A stretch of DNA of 64,000 nucleotides from Spirochaetia bacterium (GCA_900769975.1 CAAGIR010000142.1:3869-67868), one strand, 5' to 3'. Shown: positions 29,820 through 40,104, numbered from the stretch's first letter. Translations and numbers: made by a program. The notes: generated by a model from the letters alone, not told the origin.

Positions 29820-31187
29820 TCAGTCTATTAATCCTGCAATGGCGGCACCCAGAGTAATGTCATTATCGCAAGAAACAATGTTCCAGTTAATGCCCAGCTG
29901 ATTTGTAAGGACTTCGTCAAGGTATGCATGAACACGTTCTTTTACTTTATAAGTTTTAAAGAATGTTGTTCCATCACAAAGAATACAAATCGGTTTTGAA
30001 GCATTTTTTCCTTCACCAGTTTGAATTGAACATGCAGTTAAAATTGCAGCAGAATATCTGGCAGAACGTTCAACAATTGCATTTAAAATCTGGAACATTT
30101 TGTCAGTATCTTCGCTTGTCGCTATATCACAGGCAATTTTTCCAAGTTCACAATCTTTGTTATATGGAGAATGAAGGAATTTATCCATTTGAATGAGATT
30201 AAGAACATCAAGTTTTAAAATAGCATCGGCAGTTTTTTCTGTAAACAGACCTTCTTTTGCAGCCATTTGAAGTGCAAACCAGGAAAGAGGTCCCAGATAT
30301 GCACCAGAACAAAGTTTTTCAAGCCAGAACGCACCAGGTTTTACTGTAGTTTTATCAAATTCTACATCAAAATCTGAACGGTTTACGCTTAAAAATTTGC
30401 CGCTTTCACATACCACAATCTGTTTTTTTATGCCGCAACATTCACATTCAGGCTGAAGATAAGCCGCATTCATTCCTGTTCCAAGGATAAATCCGATATA
30501 AGAAGAATATCTTTCACCTTCTGTTGCACACGCAGCACCTGCAAGAAGAGCCGCAACCGTATCATTTAACATAGAAATGCGTTTGATGGAATTCCATCCA
30601 TGCTGTTCAAGCACTTCTTTTAAACATTTTCCTACTTCGCAACCTACAACTTCTGGTGCCTTAACTTCTTTTGAAAAACCTAGAAGCACACCATCACCGT
30701 TTTCTTTTATTTCCATAGGATAAGAAAAACAGAAACCAATTCTGTCAGATTTATTTTTAAGATGTTCAAGATTTGACGCAAACTGTTCAAAAAATTCTTT
30801 ACGGGAAAGTTCTCTTTCTACGCCAGGCATTTTTGTTTTTTCCATTTCAGAAATTGAAGGCACACCATTTTCGTCAAAAGTAACAAGACATGAACGGAAA
30901 TTTGTACCGCCAGCATCGATTACGATTACAGATTTAGATTTTGCCTGTTCTGCAGGAGGATTACAAAATGTCCTAATCATATCCTGGTCAGACTTTTGCT
31001 TTTTTAAGCCTTTGTGCATATCGTCTAAAATTGCCTGAGCTACAGACAAAACATCAACATGATTTACAAAATTGTGACGAGCCAAAAAAGAACTAACTGA
31101 ACTATTCATAATAAAAAATCCTAAAAAATTATTAAATTTAAAAAATAAGGAAAATGCCTTAGATTTTATATCCTTTTTATTATACAT
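29820..31187 (-). CDS. Eukaryote-type hexokinase family protein
   Basis: VIVIDAGGTNFRSCLV matches the hexokinase phosphate-1 motif (LDLGGTNFRV). The 455-aa length fits a hexokinase two-lobe fold. Confidence 0.65.
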   Translation of the reverse strand: MYNKKDIKSKAFSLFFKFNNFLGFFIMNSSVSSFLARHNFVNHVDVLSVAQAILDDMHKGLKKQKSDQDMIRTFCNPPAEQAKSKSVIVIDAGGTNFRSCLVTFDENGVPSISEMEKTKMPGVERELSRKEFFEQFASNLEHLKNKSDRIGFCFSYPMEIKENGDGVLLGFSKEVKAPEVVGCEVGKCLKEVLEQHGWNSIKRISMLNDTVAALLAGAACATEGERYSSYIGFILGTGMNAAYLQPECECCGIKKQIVVCESGKFLSVNRSDFDVEFDKTTVKPGAFWLEKLCSGAYLGPLSWFALQMAAKEGLFTEKTADAILKLDVLNLIQMDKFLHSPYNKDCELGKIACDIATSEDTDKMFQILNAIVERSARYSAAILTACSIQTGEGKNASKPICILCDGTTFFKTYKVKERVHAYLDEVLTNQLGINWNIVSCDNDITLGAAIAGLID

Positions 31188-31226
31188 CTAATTGCAGATA
31201 ATTTCAAATAAAGGTAATATATTTTT

Positions 31227-33227
31227 ATGCTTAATCTTGAAACATTAAAAAACGAATTAAATCCGCAGCAATATAAAGCAGTAACAACCACAGACGGTGC
31301 CATTCTGATTATTGCTGGTGCTGGTTCTGGTAAAACACGTGTAATTACATTCAGAATTGCACACATGCTCGATAAAGGAATTCCACAAAGTCAGATTCTG
31401 GCATTGACTTTTACAAATAAAGCCGCAAAAGAAATGGCTGACCGTATAAAAAGTCTGACGCAAAAAAAACTTCAAAACCTTACTGTATCAACTTTTCATG
31501 CTTTTGGAGTAAAAGTTCTTCGTGCAGATATTGATAAACTGGGTTACAGGGAAAATTTTTCTATTTATGATGAAACAGACAGAGTTGCGCTTATAAAAGA
31601 ATGTGGCCGTGAATTGAAATTTTCACCAGAAGCGATGGACATCTACATGATTGGAAATTTAATTTCAAATATAAAGACTGGCCGTAAAAACTGGGATACT
31701 TCGAATGATATGTACAGACCTTTGTACGAAAGCTATCAGGAAGGGCTGAAACTTTTTAATGCTGTTGATTTTGATGACTTGATTGTACTTCCCATTAAAC
31801 TTTTTAAAGAGTATCCTGACGTTCTTGAAAGATACCGGGACCGCTACAAATACATTATGGTGGATGAATTTCAAGATACAAGTCATCAGCAATATGAATT
31901 TATGCATCTTCTGGCAGATAAAAATGTTGCTGTCGTTGGTGATGATGATCAAAGCATTTACAGCTGGCGTGGTGCCGACTATCAGAATATAATTAATTTT
32001 GAACATGATTTTGACGTTACGGAAATAAGGCTTGAACAAAATTACCGTTCAACAGGGACAATCCTCGAAGCTGCAAACGGTGTAATTTCGCACAACACAA
32101 ACCGCAAAGATAAAAAACTTTGGAGTGGAAACGGTGCTGGAAAACCAATCGAAATTTTCATGCCGGAAAACGAAAACGATGAGGCGGATTTTATTGCAGA
32201 AAGCATTTTAGGAATTGCCCACGAAGAAAACCGTAAATATGATGATTTTGGTGTTTTAATGCGCTCAAATTCACAGGGAAGATTTATAGAAGAAGCCTTT
32301 TTACAAAATAATATCCCCTACACTATGAGCGGCGGAACATCTTTTTTTGAAAGAAAAGAAATAAAAGATGTGATCAGTTATCTGAGGGTAATAGCTAATC
32401 ATGATGATGAAATTAACCTTATCAGAATAATTAACTGTCCGCGGCGTGGAATAGGACGGGCGGCAATCCAATTATTAAATGATGAAGCAAGACTGCAAGG
32501 GTGTTCTATGTGGAATGCAATGATTTCGCTCATAAAAAGACAAGATTCTCCTGCAAGCGAAATTTTAAAAGAAGATTTAAGCGAATTTATGAATATCATT
32601 GAAAACCATCGCCAAAAACTTCTAACAGGACATGGTTTATCCCAAAAAGTGCGTCAATTAATAGAAGATATTAATTACAAAGATTATCTTTTAACAGAAT
32701 ATTCCAGAAACGAAAAGGCTGTCCGCTTTAAAATGAAAAATATCGAAAGCCTTTTAAATTCTATTGAAGTGTGGGAAAATAATCCAGATAATGATAATCC
32801 GAATATTTTTAATTATTTAAACAGAATTACTTTGATGAGTCGTGACAAAGACGATGAAAATGATAAAGGAAAAGTCAACCTGATGACAATTCATGCATCA
32901 AAAGGGCTTGAATTTCCTGTTGTTTTCATCGCTGGTGCCGAAGAAGGATTGATTCCTCATGCTCGTTCTGTTGAAGAAAACAAAGGAGATGTTGAAGAAG
33001 AACGAAGGCTTTTTTATGTTGCCATCACAAGAGCAAGGGACAAACTGATTATATCATCATGCAGAAAAAGAAGGCATATGCAGATGGTAACTGAAAGCGA
33101 ACCAAGCCGATTTTTAGATGAAATTCCTGTAAATCTTGTAGAATATCACGAACCAAAAACAATCACGCTGGAAGAAACAGGCAAAATGTTTGGTGACTTT
33201 CTGGAACAATTAAAAAAACGAAATTAA
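31227..33227 (+). CDS. pcrA: UvrD/PcrA/Rep-family ATP-dependent DNA helicase
   Basis: Walker A AGAGSGKTRV, motif II VDEFQDT, and C-terminal helicase motifs. Confidence 0.9.
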   Translation: MLNLETLKNELNPQQYKAVTTTDGAILIIAGAGSGKTRVITFRIAHMLDKGIPQSQILALTFTNKAAKEMADRIKSLTQKKLQNLTVSTFHAFGVKVLRADIDKLGYRENFSIYDETDRVALIKECGRELKFSPEAMDIYMIGNLISNIKTGRKNWDTSNDMYRPLYESYQEGLKLFNAVDFDDLIVLPIKLFKEYPDVLERYRDRYKYIMVDEFQDTSHQQYEFMHLLADKNVAVVGDDDQSIYSWRGADYQNIINFEHDFDVTEIRLEQNYRSTGTILEAANGVISHNTNRKDKKLWSGNGAGKPIEIFMPENENDEADFIAESILGIAHEENRKYDDFGVLMRSNSQGRFIEEAFLQNNIPYTMSGGTSFFERKEIKDVISYLRVIANHDDEINLIRIINCPRRGIGRAAIQLLNDEARLQGCSMWNAMISLIKRQDSPASEILKEDLSEFMNIIENHRQKLLTGHGLSQKVRQLIEDINYKDYLLTEYSRNEKAVRFKMKNIESLLNSIEVWENNPDNDNPNIFNYLNRITLMSRDKDDENDKGKVNLMTIHASKGLEFPVVFIAGAEEGLIPHARSVEENKGDVEEERRLFYVAITRARDKLIISSCRKRRHMQMVTESEPSRFLDEIPVNLVEYHEPKTITLEETGKMFGDFLEQLKKRN

Positions 33228-33332
33228 AAAAAGAAAAACTGTCTTACAAACTTTTTGATTAATTAATCTGTTTATAAGGCAGTTTTTTATGACATTTTGT
33301 GTAACTTGTACAACTTGTGTAACTTTAAACAA

Positions 33333-34817
33333 TTACCGCTGATAAAGTTTTGTGTAATAACTCAGGAAATTTGAAATTTCGTTTGAAATCTGGTCGCTTG
33401 TGGCACGCCATTTCCAGTTCATTCCGACTGTTGACGGCTTATTCATTCTGGCATTTCCTCCAAGGCCAATTAAATCCTGCATGCACAAAATACACGTATT
33501 TGAAACAGAAGACATTGCTGCAAGAATCATTTCCTGAGGAAGATTTTTATCATCAGTTCGCAAATATTCTTTAGCATATTTTAAATCCCTTTCAGAACAA
33601 CTGTTCATCCAGCCTTTTAATGTATCATTATCGTGCGTTCCTGTGTAAACGACAGAGTTTTGAGTATAACTTATAGGCAAATATCCGCTTGATTCTCTTG
33701 AATCAAATGCAAATTGAAGTACTTTCATGCCGGGAAATCCTACATCTTTAAGCATCTGCCTTACTTCGTCTGTTAAAAATCCCAAATCTTCGGCGATAAT
33801 AGGAAGTTCACCATAAGTCATTTTTATTTCCTTAAACAAATCAGAACCAGGACCTTTTCTCCAGATACCATTTTTTGCTGTAGTTTCACCATATTTTATG
33901 CAGTAATATGATTCAAAACCACGAAAATGGTCTATGCGTAAGACATCGTAAATCTGCAGGCTCAATTCCAGTCGTTTTTTCCACCAGGAATAATTATCAT
34001 TTTTCATATATTCCCAGTTGTATACAGGATTTCCCCATAATTGACCGTCGGCTGAAAAACCGTCAGGAGGACAACCAGCCACTTCAATAGGTTTAAAATC
34101 TTCGGTTAAAGAAAATTGTTCCGGGTTTGACCACACATCTGCACTATCGGCGGCAACGTAAATAGGAATGTCACCAATTATTTTTATTCCGTTTTCGTTT
34201 GCATAATTTTTTAAAGCATACCACTGTTTATAAAACAGATATTGCAGCATTTTATAATAAAATATTTTTGAACTGTTATTCTTACTCCATTGAGAAAGAC
34301 TTTCCTTATCATGATGACGCAAAGAATTTTCCCAATTATCAAAAGAAACACCATTATGAGCATCTTTTATCGCCATAAAAAGTGAATAATCATTGAGCCA
34401 AAAAGCATTTCCGTCACAAAAAGCATTAAAATCTAAAGGAATGTTTTTTTCAAAATTTTTCTGAACTTTTTCAAAAATGATACGCCTGTTTACATAAAGC
34501 TTTCCGTAATCAACGCTTGTTTTGTCTTCACCCCAGGTAATATTGTCCAAATCAGAATCAGATAGATATCCCTGCTGCACTAAAATGTGTAAATCTATAA
34601 AATACGGATTTCCTGCAAATGTCGAAAAACTCTGATATGGAGAATCTCCATAACTTGTCGGACCAATTGGCAAAATCTGCCAGTAAGTTTGTGCGGATTT
34701 TTTCAAAAAATCAACAAATTTATATGCTTCTTTTCCAAAAGTTCCAATGCCAAAATCACCAGGAAGCGATGAAATGTGCATCAAAACACCGTTTGCACGT
34801 TTATTTAATGATGTCAT
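33333..34817 (-). CDS. malQ: 4-alpha-glucanotransferase (amylomaltase, GH77)
   Basis: N-terminal GVLMHISSLPGDFGIGTFG and Q/SPYQSFS signature. 494 aa. Confidence 0.85.
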   Translation of the reverse strand: MTSLNKRANGVLMHISSLPGDFGIGTFGKEAYKFVDFLKKSAQTYWQILPIGPTSYGDSPYQSFSTFAGNPYFIDLHILVQQGYLSDSDLDNITWGEDKTSVDYGKLYVNRRIIFEKVQKNFEKNIPLDFNAFCDGNAFWLNDYSLFMAIKDAHNGVSFDNWENSLRHHDKESLSQWSKNNSSKIFYYKMLQYLFYKQWYALKNYANENGIKIIGDIPIYVAADSADVWSNPEQFSLTEDFKPIEVAGCPPDGFSADGQLWGNPVYNWEYMKNDNYSWWKKRLELSLQIYDVLRIDHFRGFESYYCIKYGETTAKNGIWRKGPGSDLFKEIKMTYGELPIIAEDLGFLTDEVRQMLKDVGFPGMKVLQFAFDSRESSGYLPISYTQNSVVYTGTHDNDTLKGWMNSCSERDLKYAKEYLRTDDKNLPQEMILAAMSSVSNTCILCMQDLIGLGGNARMNKPSTVGMNWKWRATSDQISNEISNFLSYYTKLYQR

Positions 34818-34864
34818 AATAATACCTGAAAAAATAATTTGTAAAATCTGATAAAATTTAAGTT

Positions 34865-35896
34865 CTAGTTGATATTTCGAACACTTTCGCCTTCAATAAA
34901 TTCAAAAGGAACTATTTTATGACAAGCTGAAGCTTTTTTTTCGATACTGTTTAACAGTACATTTAATCCTTCGTTTGCAAGTTCTTCTTCAATCTGGCGA
35001 ATAGTCGTCAGTCTAGGACACATATAATCAGAAATTGTAAGACCGTCAAAGCCTATTACAGAAATATTGTCTGGAACTTTATACCCTAAATCTGCCAGTT
35101 GTCTGCAGGCTCCAATTGCCATCGCATCTGACATTGTAAAAATTGCAGTTATATCTGGATTTTTCATTATAAGATTTTTAACGGCTGCAGCACCGCCTTC
35201 AAATGAATATTTTGCAACTTCATAAGATTTTTCAAAATCAAAATGAATTCCACCAGAAATTAATGCTGAAAGAAAGCCTTCATAACGGGTGGAAGAAACT
35301 TCAGAATCGAGGGCACCGCCAATCACACCGATTCTTTTATGTCCGTTTTTTATCAGATAATCAGCAGAATAAAAAGCAGCCTTTAAATTATCAATACTTA
35401 CACTTGAAAGATAATCACTTTCCAACGAATCAGCTTGATTGGAAATAAGCACAGAAGGAATATGAACTTTTTCAAAATCACCCCTAAGTTTTTTTGGACT
35501 TCCCCCCAAAAATATAAATCCGACAGGTTTTTGTTCATAATTTATTCTGGCAGCGACTGCGCCCTCGTTATCATTTTCATCTAATACAACTACATTGGCA
35601 AAATATGGTAAATTTTCCATCTTTTTTTGTATTTTCTCTAAAAGACCATTCAAAAGAGTACTCGAAGCGCCTTTTACAATAATCACTATGTTTTTTCTTT
35701 CCTGCGCTTTTAACTGTCTGGCATTTGCATTCAAAACAAAACTATATTTTTCAACTACAGCCATAACTTTTTCACGAGTTTTATCGCTTACATCAGGATG
35801 ATTATTTAGAACTCTCGAAACTGTACCTATTGCACAGCCGCACTCTTTTGCAATGTCTTTTATTGTCATACTATTAACCTTTAACAGCTCCTGCAA
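34865..35896 (-). CDS. LacI-family transcriptional regulator
   Basis: N-terminal helix-turn-helix (MTIKDIAKECGCAIGTVSRVLNN) and a periplasmic-binding-protein-like sugar-binding core. The start may be the internal Met at 35869. Confidence 0.85.
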   Translation of the reverse strand: MQELLKVNSMTIKDIAKECGCAIGTVSRVLNNHPDVSDKTREKVMAVVEKYSFVLNANARQLKAQERKNIVIIVKGASSTLLNGLLEKIQKKMENLPYFANVVVLDENDNEGAVAARINYEQKPVGFIFLGGSPKKLRGDFEKVHIPSVLISNQADSLESDYLSSVSIDNLKAAFYSADYLIKNGHKRIGVIGGALDSEVSSTRYEGFLSALISGGIHFDFEKSYEVAKYSFEGGAAAVKNLIMKNPDITAIFTMSDAMAIGACRQLADLGYKVPDNISVIGFDGLTISDYMCPRLTTIRQIEEELANEGLNVLLNSIEKKASACHKIVPFEFIEGESVRNIN

Positions 35897-36725
35897 TTAC
35901 ACCTTTTATGATGTATTTTTGTGATGCTAAGTAGAATATTATAATCGGAATGATAGAAACTACAAGCATTGCCATAAATCCACCATAATCTGTTGAACCG
36001 TATGCACCTTGCATAGCAATTTGAATTGCAACAGGAATTGTTTTGTGATCTGTACCCAAAATAAGATATGGAAGCAGATAGTCATTCCAAACCCACATAG
36101 CCTGTAAAATTGCAACTGTAATTGCGGTTGGTTTTAGCATTGGAAAAACGATAAGGAAATATGTCTGCAAAGGATTGCAACCGTCAATTGTTGCGGCTTC
36201 TTCTACTTCAAGAGGAATTCCTTTTACAAATCCTGTAAACATAAATACCGAAAGTCCTGCTCCAAAACCAAGGTATACAAGGATTATTCCAAACACGTTA
36301 TCAAAATTGATAGCAGTAACTATGAATGTCATAGTATACATTACCATTTGGAAAGGTACAATCATACTAAATACAAAAATATAATAAAGTGTACTTGTTA
36401 CTTTTGATTTTACTCTAACTAGATACCATGCAGTCATAGATGTACAAACGATTATAACAAGAACCGACATTACACTAATCCAAACAGAGCGCAAAAATGA
36501 CATAAAAAAGCCCGAAACAGTAAGTCCATTAATGTAATTTTCTAAACCTACAAACATATCCCCTTTTGGCCATGCAAACGGTGTTGTAGAAACATATAGT
36601 CTTGACTTAAACGAGTTCATTAAAACAAGCAAAATCGGAAATATGAAAATTAAAGTCAACGCAATTAAAATGGCAAAAATTACAACAGATGAAACTGTTC
36701 TTTTATTTGAAATTGTATTTTCCAT
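35874..36725 (-). CDS. Sugar ABC transporter permease (MalG-like)
   Basis: Six transmembrane segments and an EAA-like loop (EAATIDGCNPLQTYFLIVFP). Confidence 0.85.
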   Translation of the reverse strand: MENTISNKRTVSSVVIFAILIALTLIFIFPILLVLMNSFKSRLYVSTTPFAWPKGDMFVGLENYINGLTVSGFFMSFLRSVWISVMSVLVIIVCTSMTAWYLVRVKSKVTSTLYYIFVFSMIVPFQMVMYTMTFIVTAINFDNVFGIILVYLGFGAGLSVFMFTGFVKGIPLEVEEAATIDGCNPLQTYFLIVFPMLKPTAITVAILQAMWVWNDYLLPYLILGTDHKTIPVAIQIAMQGAYGSTDYGGFMAMLVVSIIPIIIFYLASQKYIIKGVIAGAVKG

Positions 36726-37612
36726 TATTGTTCAATCTCCTTTTTATTTGTAAGTCTTAATTGAATAAATGCAATAATTGCAACTATGATAAAGAAAATA
36801 ACTGCTTTTGCCTGAGCCACTCCATGCCATGAAGCATTTCTGTTGTAGAAAGTTTTATAAATATTCAAAGCAAGCATTTCCGTTGTATTTTCTGGTGCAC
36901 CTGCCGTCAACGCAAGGTTCTGGTCAAACATCTTGAATGAATTAGACAGTGTAAGGAACATACAGATTGTAATTGAAGGCATAACCATTGGGATTTTTAC
37001 CTGGAACAGGATTCTGAATGGAGATGCACCGTCAATCTGTGCTGCTTCAATCAAATCTCCAGGAATATTCTGTAATCCCGCAATATAAATTACCATCATG
37101 TAACCTATTAACTGCCAGTTTGTAAGTATAACAAGTCCAAAGAACCCGTACTGAGTTTTAAAAGTAATATCTTCGCCAAAATAATGCTGTAAAACACCAT
37201 TTATTAAAAGATTCCATATATAACCAAGAACAATACCACCAATTAAATTAGGCATAAAAAATACAGACCTAAAGAAGTTTGTTCCTTTAATTCCTCTTGT
37301 AAGCAAAAGAGCCAGTGCAAAAGCAAATACATTCACAGTTACTATCGATACAATTGTAAATAATGATGTAAATCCTAATGCATGAAGAAAATCATTGTCT
37401 GCAGTAAATGCCTTAATATAATTCTTAAAACCAACAACTTCTGTAATATCAGTTACAGTTGTAAATTTTGTAAATGACAGACCAATACCCATTATAAATG
37501 GCACTACAAAGAACATAATAAAGCAAATCAAAGTAGGCAAAACGAATATTGGAAAATACTTTTTAATTGGATTATTTTCCTTTTTCATATCAGCTCCCGA
37601 AGGTTTGTCCAA
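36725..37612 (-). CDS. Sugar ABC transporter permease (MalF-like)
   Basis: Six transmembrane segments and EAAQIDGASPFRILFQVKIP. Confidence 0.85.
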   Translation of the reverse strand: MDKPSGADMKKENNPIKKYFPIFVLPTLICFIMFFVVPFIMGIGLSFTKFTTVTDITEVVGFKNYIKAFTADNDFLHALGFTSLFTIVSIVTVNVFAFALALLLTRGIKGTNFFRSVFFMPNLIGGIVLGYIWNLLINGVLQHYFGEDITFKTQYGFFGLVILTNWQLIGYMMVIYIAGLQNIPGDLIEAAQIDGASPFRILFQVKIPMVMPSITICMFLTLSNSFKMFDQNLALTAGAPENTTEMLALNIYKTFYNRNASWHGVAQAKAVIFFIIVAIIAFIQLRLTNKKEIEQ

Positions 37613-38052
37613 AAATTAAGTACACAGCATCATTTTATATACATTTCGTAATCTTTAACACCATAAAAAAGTGCAGACACCGACAATTAATTTGCCATGA
37701 CAAAACTAATTAAACAACCTTATTATATAGAAAAACTTTAAGAAAAAATACAAAGTTTTTCTTAATCCATTCTTAAAATTACATGACATACACCAAAAAA
37801 AGGCTTAATGACATCTGTTTTTAGACTAGTTCGCCTATAAAAAATATACGTTTTAACGTAGGATTATATTATTTGAATTATTAAAACAAGAACTTTTTTA
37901 CATTTTTGAAAGAACTGGAACTATTTGACTATTTTTTAATTTAATAACCGAACAGTTCCAGCATTTTTTATAACGAAAGATTAACAAAACACTTTCATTA
38001 AAGGACTGGCTAAAACTTTTTTCCAGCCAGCCCTACCAGGTAGGTTTATTTT

Positions 38053-39375
38053 TTATAAATCGCTTTCAGCAGCCCAGTCTTTGATAACACTTGCTTTTAC
38101 ATCGTCCCAAGATTTAGCACCCTGTGCATAACGAAGTAAGGAAGCACCGAAGTTATCTTTGAAAGTCTGTGATGGGAACAAAGTAAAGTTCCAAGCTACA
38201 GAAGTAATTCCAGGTTTAGACATCCATTTAGAGATTTCTACAGCCAAAGGATCAGTTGGTCTTTCATCATCAGCAAAAGTATCAAATGGAGCAATGAAAC
38301 CAAGTTTGTTTGTTACATAATCTTTTCCAGTTTTTGAAGAATACAACCAGAAGATGAAGTCAGCAGTTGCTTTCTGATCTTCCTTAGAAGCCTTTTTGTT
38401 GATACAGTAGAAGTTTTCAGTACCGATACAAAGACCCTGATCTTCTTCACCAGCAACTCCTGTGTAAATAGGAAGATATTTAACATTTTCAGCTTTTACT
38501 TTATTTCCAGAAACTCCAGAAATCTGACCCCATGCCCAGTTTCCGTTCTGAACCATTGCACATTCTTCAAGAGCGAATTCAGCCATTGAATTATCAACAG
38601 TTTTTACACCAACATTTTTTGCAGGAATTACAGAATCTGTCAAATAAAGGTCAAAAATGTTTTTGAATTCATTGCTGTATTTGAATTCGATTTTTTTAGT
38701 TGCATCAGAAGCCAAATCAATTTTGTTGTTTTTGAATTCATAGTAAATAGGAAGATTTGCAAGATGTGTCTGCCATCTCCAGTCTTCACCTGCTTTCAAA
38801 GATGTAGAAGCAAATACACCTTTAATTCCTAACGCTTCTTTGTTTGCCTGCATGTCATCTGCAACAGCTTTAAGAGCAGCAAAGTTATTTACTTCGTCCA
38901 TGCTATTATACTTAGTTGCTTTGTTTGGAAGTGCAAAATATTTGTCTGTAATTGCAGCGTTATAGATGATTCCATATCCTTCTACAACGTATGGAATACC
39001 GTAAACTTTTCCACCTGATGTTACAGCCAAAGATTTGTCTGAAAGGTGTTTGTAAAGTTCTGTGTCTGACAATTCTGCACAATAGTTTTTCCAGTTAGCA
39101 TAACCACGTGGTCCATTAATCTGGAATAAAGTTGGAGCCTGTTTTGTTGCCATTTTTGATGTAAGAGTTGATTCATAAGCATTATTAGCAGCAGTTTCTA
39201 CAATAACCTTTACGCCAGTTTCTTTTTCATAAGCATCAGCAAGTTCCTGATAAATAGAAGCTACTTCAGGCTTAAAGTTCAAATAGCGAACCTGACCTTT
39301 TTTAGATTTTTTTGCAGCAAACATAGATGTTGTAGCAATCAACAATCCACATGTTAATAAGATGATTTTTTTCAT
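38053..39375 (-). CDS. Extracellular solute-binding protein of a carbohydrate (maltodextrin-like) ABC transporter
   Basis: Signal peptide then a family-1 sugar-binding-protein fold. The gene is placed first in the operon with two permeases, a LacI regulator and malQ. Confidence 0.8.
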   Translation of the reverse strand: MKKIILLTCGLLIATTSMFAAKKSKKGQVRYLNFKPEVASIYQELADAYEKETGVKVIVETAANNAYESTLTSKMATKQAPTLFQINGPRGYANWKNYCAELSDTELYKHLSDKSLAVTSGGKVYGIPYVVEGYGIIYNAAITDKYFALPNKATKYNSMDEVNNFAALKAVADDMQANKEALGIKGVFASTSLKAGEDWRWQTHLANLPIYYEFKNNKIDLASDATKKIEFKYSNEFKNIFDLYLTDSVIPAKNVGVKTVDNSMAEFALEECAMVQNGNWAWGQISGVSGNKVKAENVKYLPIYTGVAGEEDQGLCIGTENFYCINKKASKEDQKATADFIFWLYSSKTGKDYVTNKLGFIAPFDTFADDERPTDPLAVEISKWMSKPGITSVAWNFTLFPSQTFKDNFGASLLRYAQGAKSWDDVKASVIKDWAAESDL

Positions 39376-39427
39376 TTTTTTCCTCCTGTGAAAAATAAAT
39401 CATACAATAAATTAGTTTCAATCTTTT

Positions 39428-39463
39428 GGAAACGTTTCTGATAACGTTACTGGAAACGTTTCC
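39428..39463 (-). promoter_or_regulatory. Three tandem palindromic AACGTT-core sites: GGAAACGTTTC, TAACGTTA, GGAAACGTTTCC (candidate LacI-family operators)
   Basis: Perfect palindromes at 39428-39438, 39442-39449 and 39452-39463, about 50-90 bp upstream of the binding-protein ATG. A probable -10 (tataaa, minus strand) lies just upstream of them. Confidence 0.55.
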
Positions 39464-39647
39464 ATTTATTTATACATTAACACTCTTTTTATTTAATGTC
39501 AAACATTTTTTTTAAAAAATTCTATTTTTTTTATTTTTTTTGGCTTTTTATACATTTTAGGGTAAATTTTAGTCAGAAAATGCTTTCAAAAAAGACATTA
39601 AAGCAAAAAAAAACTCCTGTTTTAGAACAGAAGCTTTATTTTTTTTA

Positions 39648-39721
39648 TGCGTCTGACAGGATTCGAACCTGCCACCTACGGATTCGAAGTCCGTTGCTCT
39701 ATCCAAATGAGCTACAGGCGC
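39648..39721 (-). tRNA. tRNA-Arg (anticodon UCG)
   Basis: Cloverleaf: acceptor GCGCCUG/CAGACGC with one C·A mismatch at 4-69. Anticodon loop CUUCGAA. T-arm GCAGGTTCGAATCCTGC. Confidence 0.85.
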
Positions 39722-39751
39722 ATTCTAAAAGGTTACATTAATGCACCTTAG

Positions 39752-39824
39752 GGTGCCTAGTCGGGATCGAACCGACGACAACCAGATCCACAATCTGGCG
39801 CTCTACCGCTGAACTATAGGCACC
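39752..39824 (-). tRNA. tRNA-His (anticodon GUG)
   Basis: G(-1) pairs with discriminator C. Acceptor GTGCCTA/TAGGCAC. Anticodon loop TTGTGGA. Confidence 0.85.
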
Positions 39825-39855
39825 GTAATTAACATTTTGACATTTCAAAATGCTA

Positions 39856-39928
39856 TGAGCCATGCAAGGATCGAACTTGCGACCCACAGATTAAGAGTCT
39901 GTTGCTCTACCTGCTGAGCTAATGGCCC
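39856..39928 (-). tRNA. tRNA-Lys (anticodon CUU)
   Basis: Acceptor GGGCCAT/ATGGCTC. Anticodon loop CTCTTAA. T-arm GTCGCAAGTTCGATCCTTGC. Confidence 0.85.
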
Positions 39929-40104
39929 ATAAATCACATAAGTGACTTAATGGAAACTATTCTAAATCAAAACCCAAAAATAATCAATAGATTAAAGCAT
40001 AATTTTCTAAACTTTTCTGCCAGAGTCATTTTTTTTACCAATAAATCAACAAAAAAAGATGAATTACACTTTTATTTCACCCTTTTTAACTATATAATAA
40101 AAAT

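Noticed and set aside
37613-38052. 440-bp gap inside the sugar ABC operon, between the binding-protein and permease genes, with several hairpins (ctggaac...gttccag; ggactggc...gccagcc)
   Set aside because: It probably marks an intra-operon stem-loop or partial terminator that gives differential expression of the binding protein. There is no coding potential or recognisable element. It is too weak to annotate precisely.
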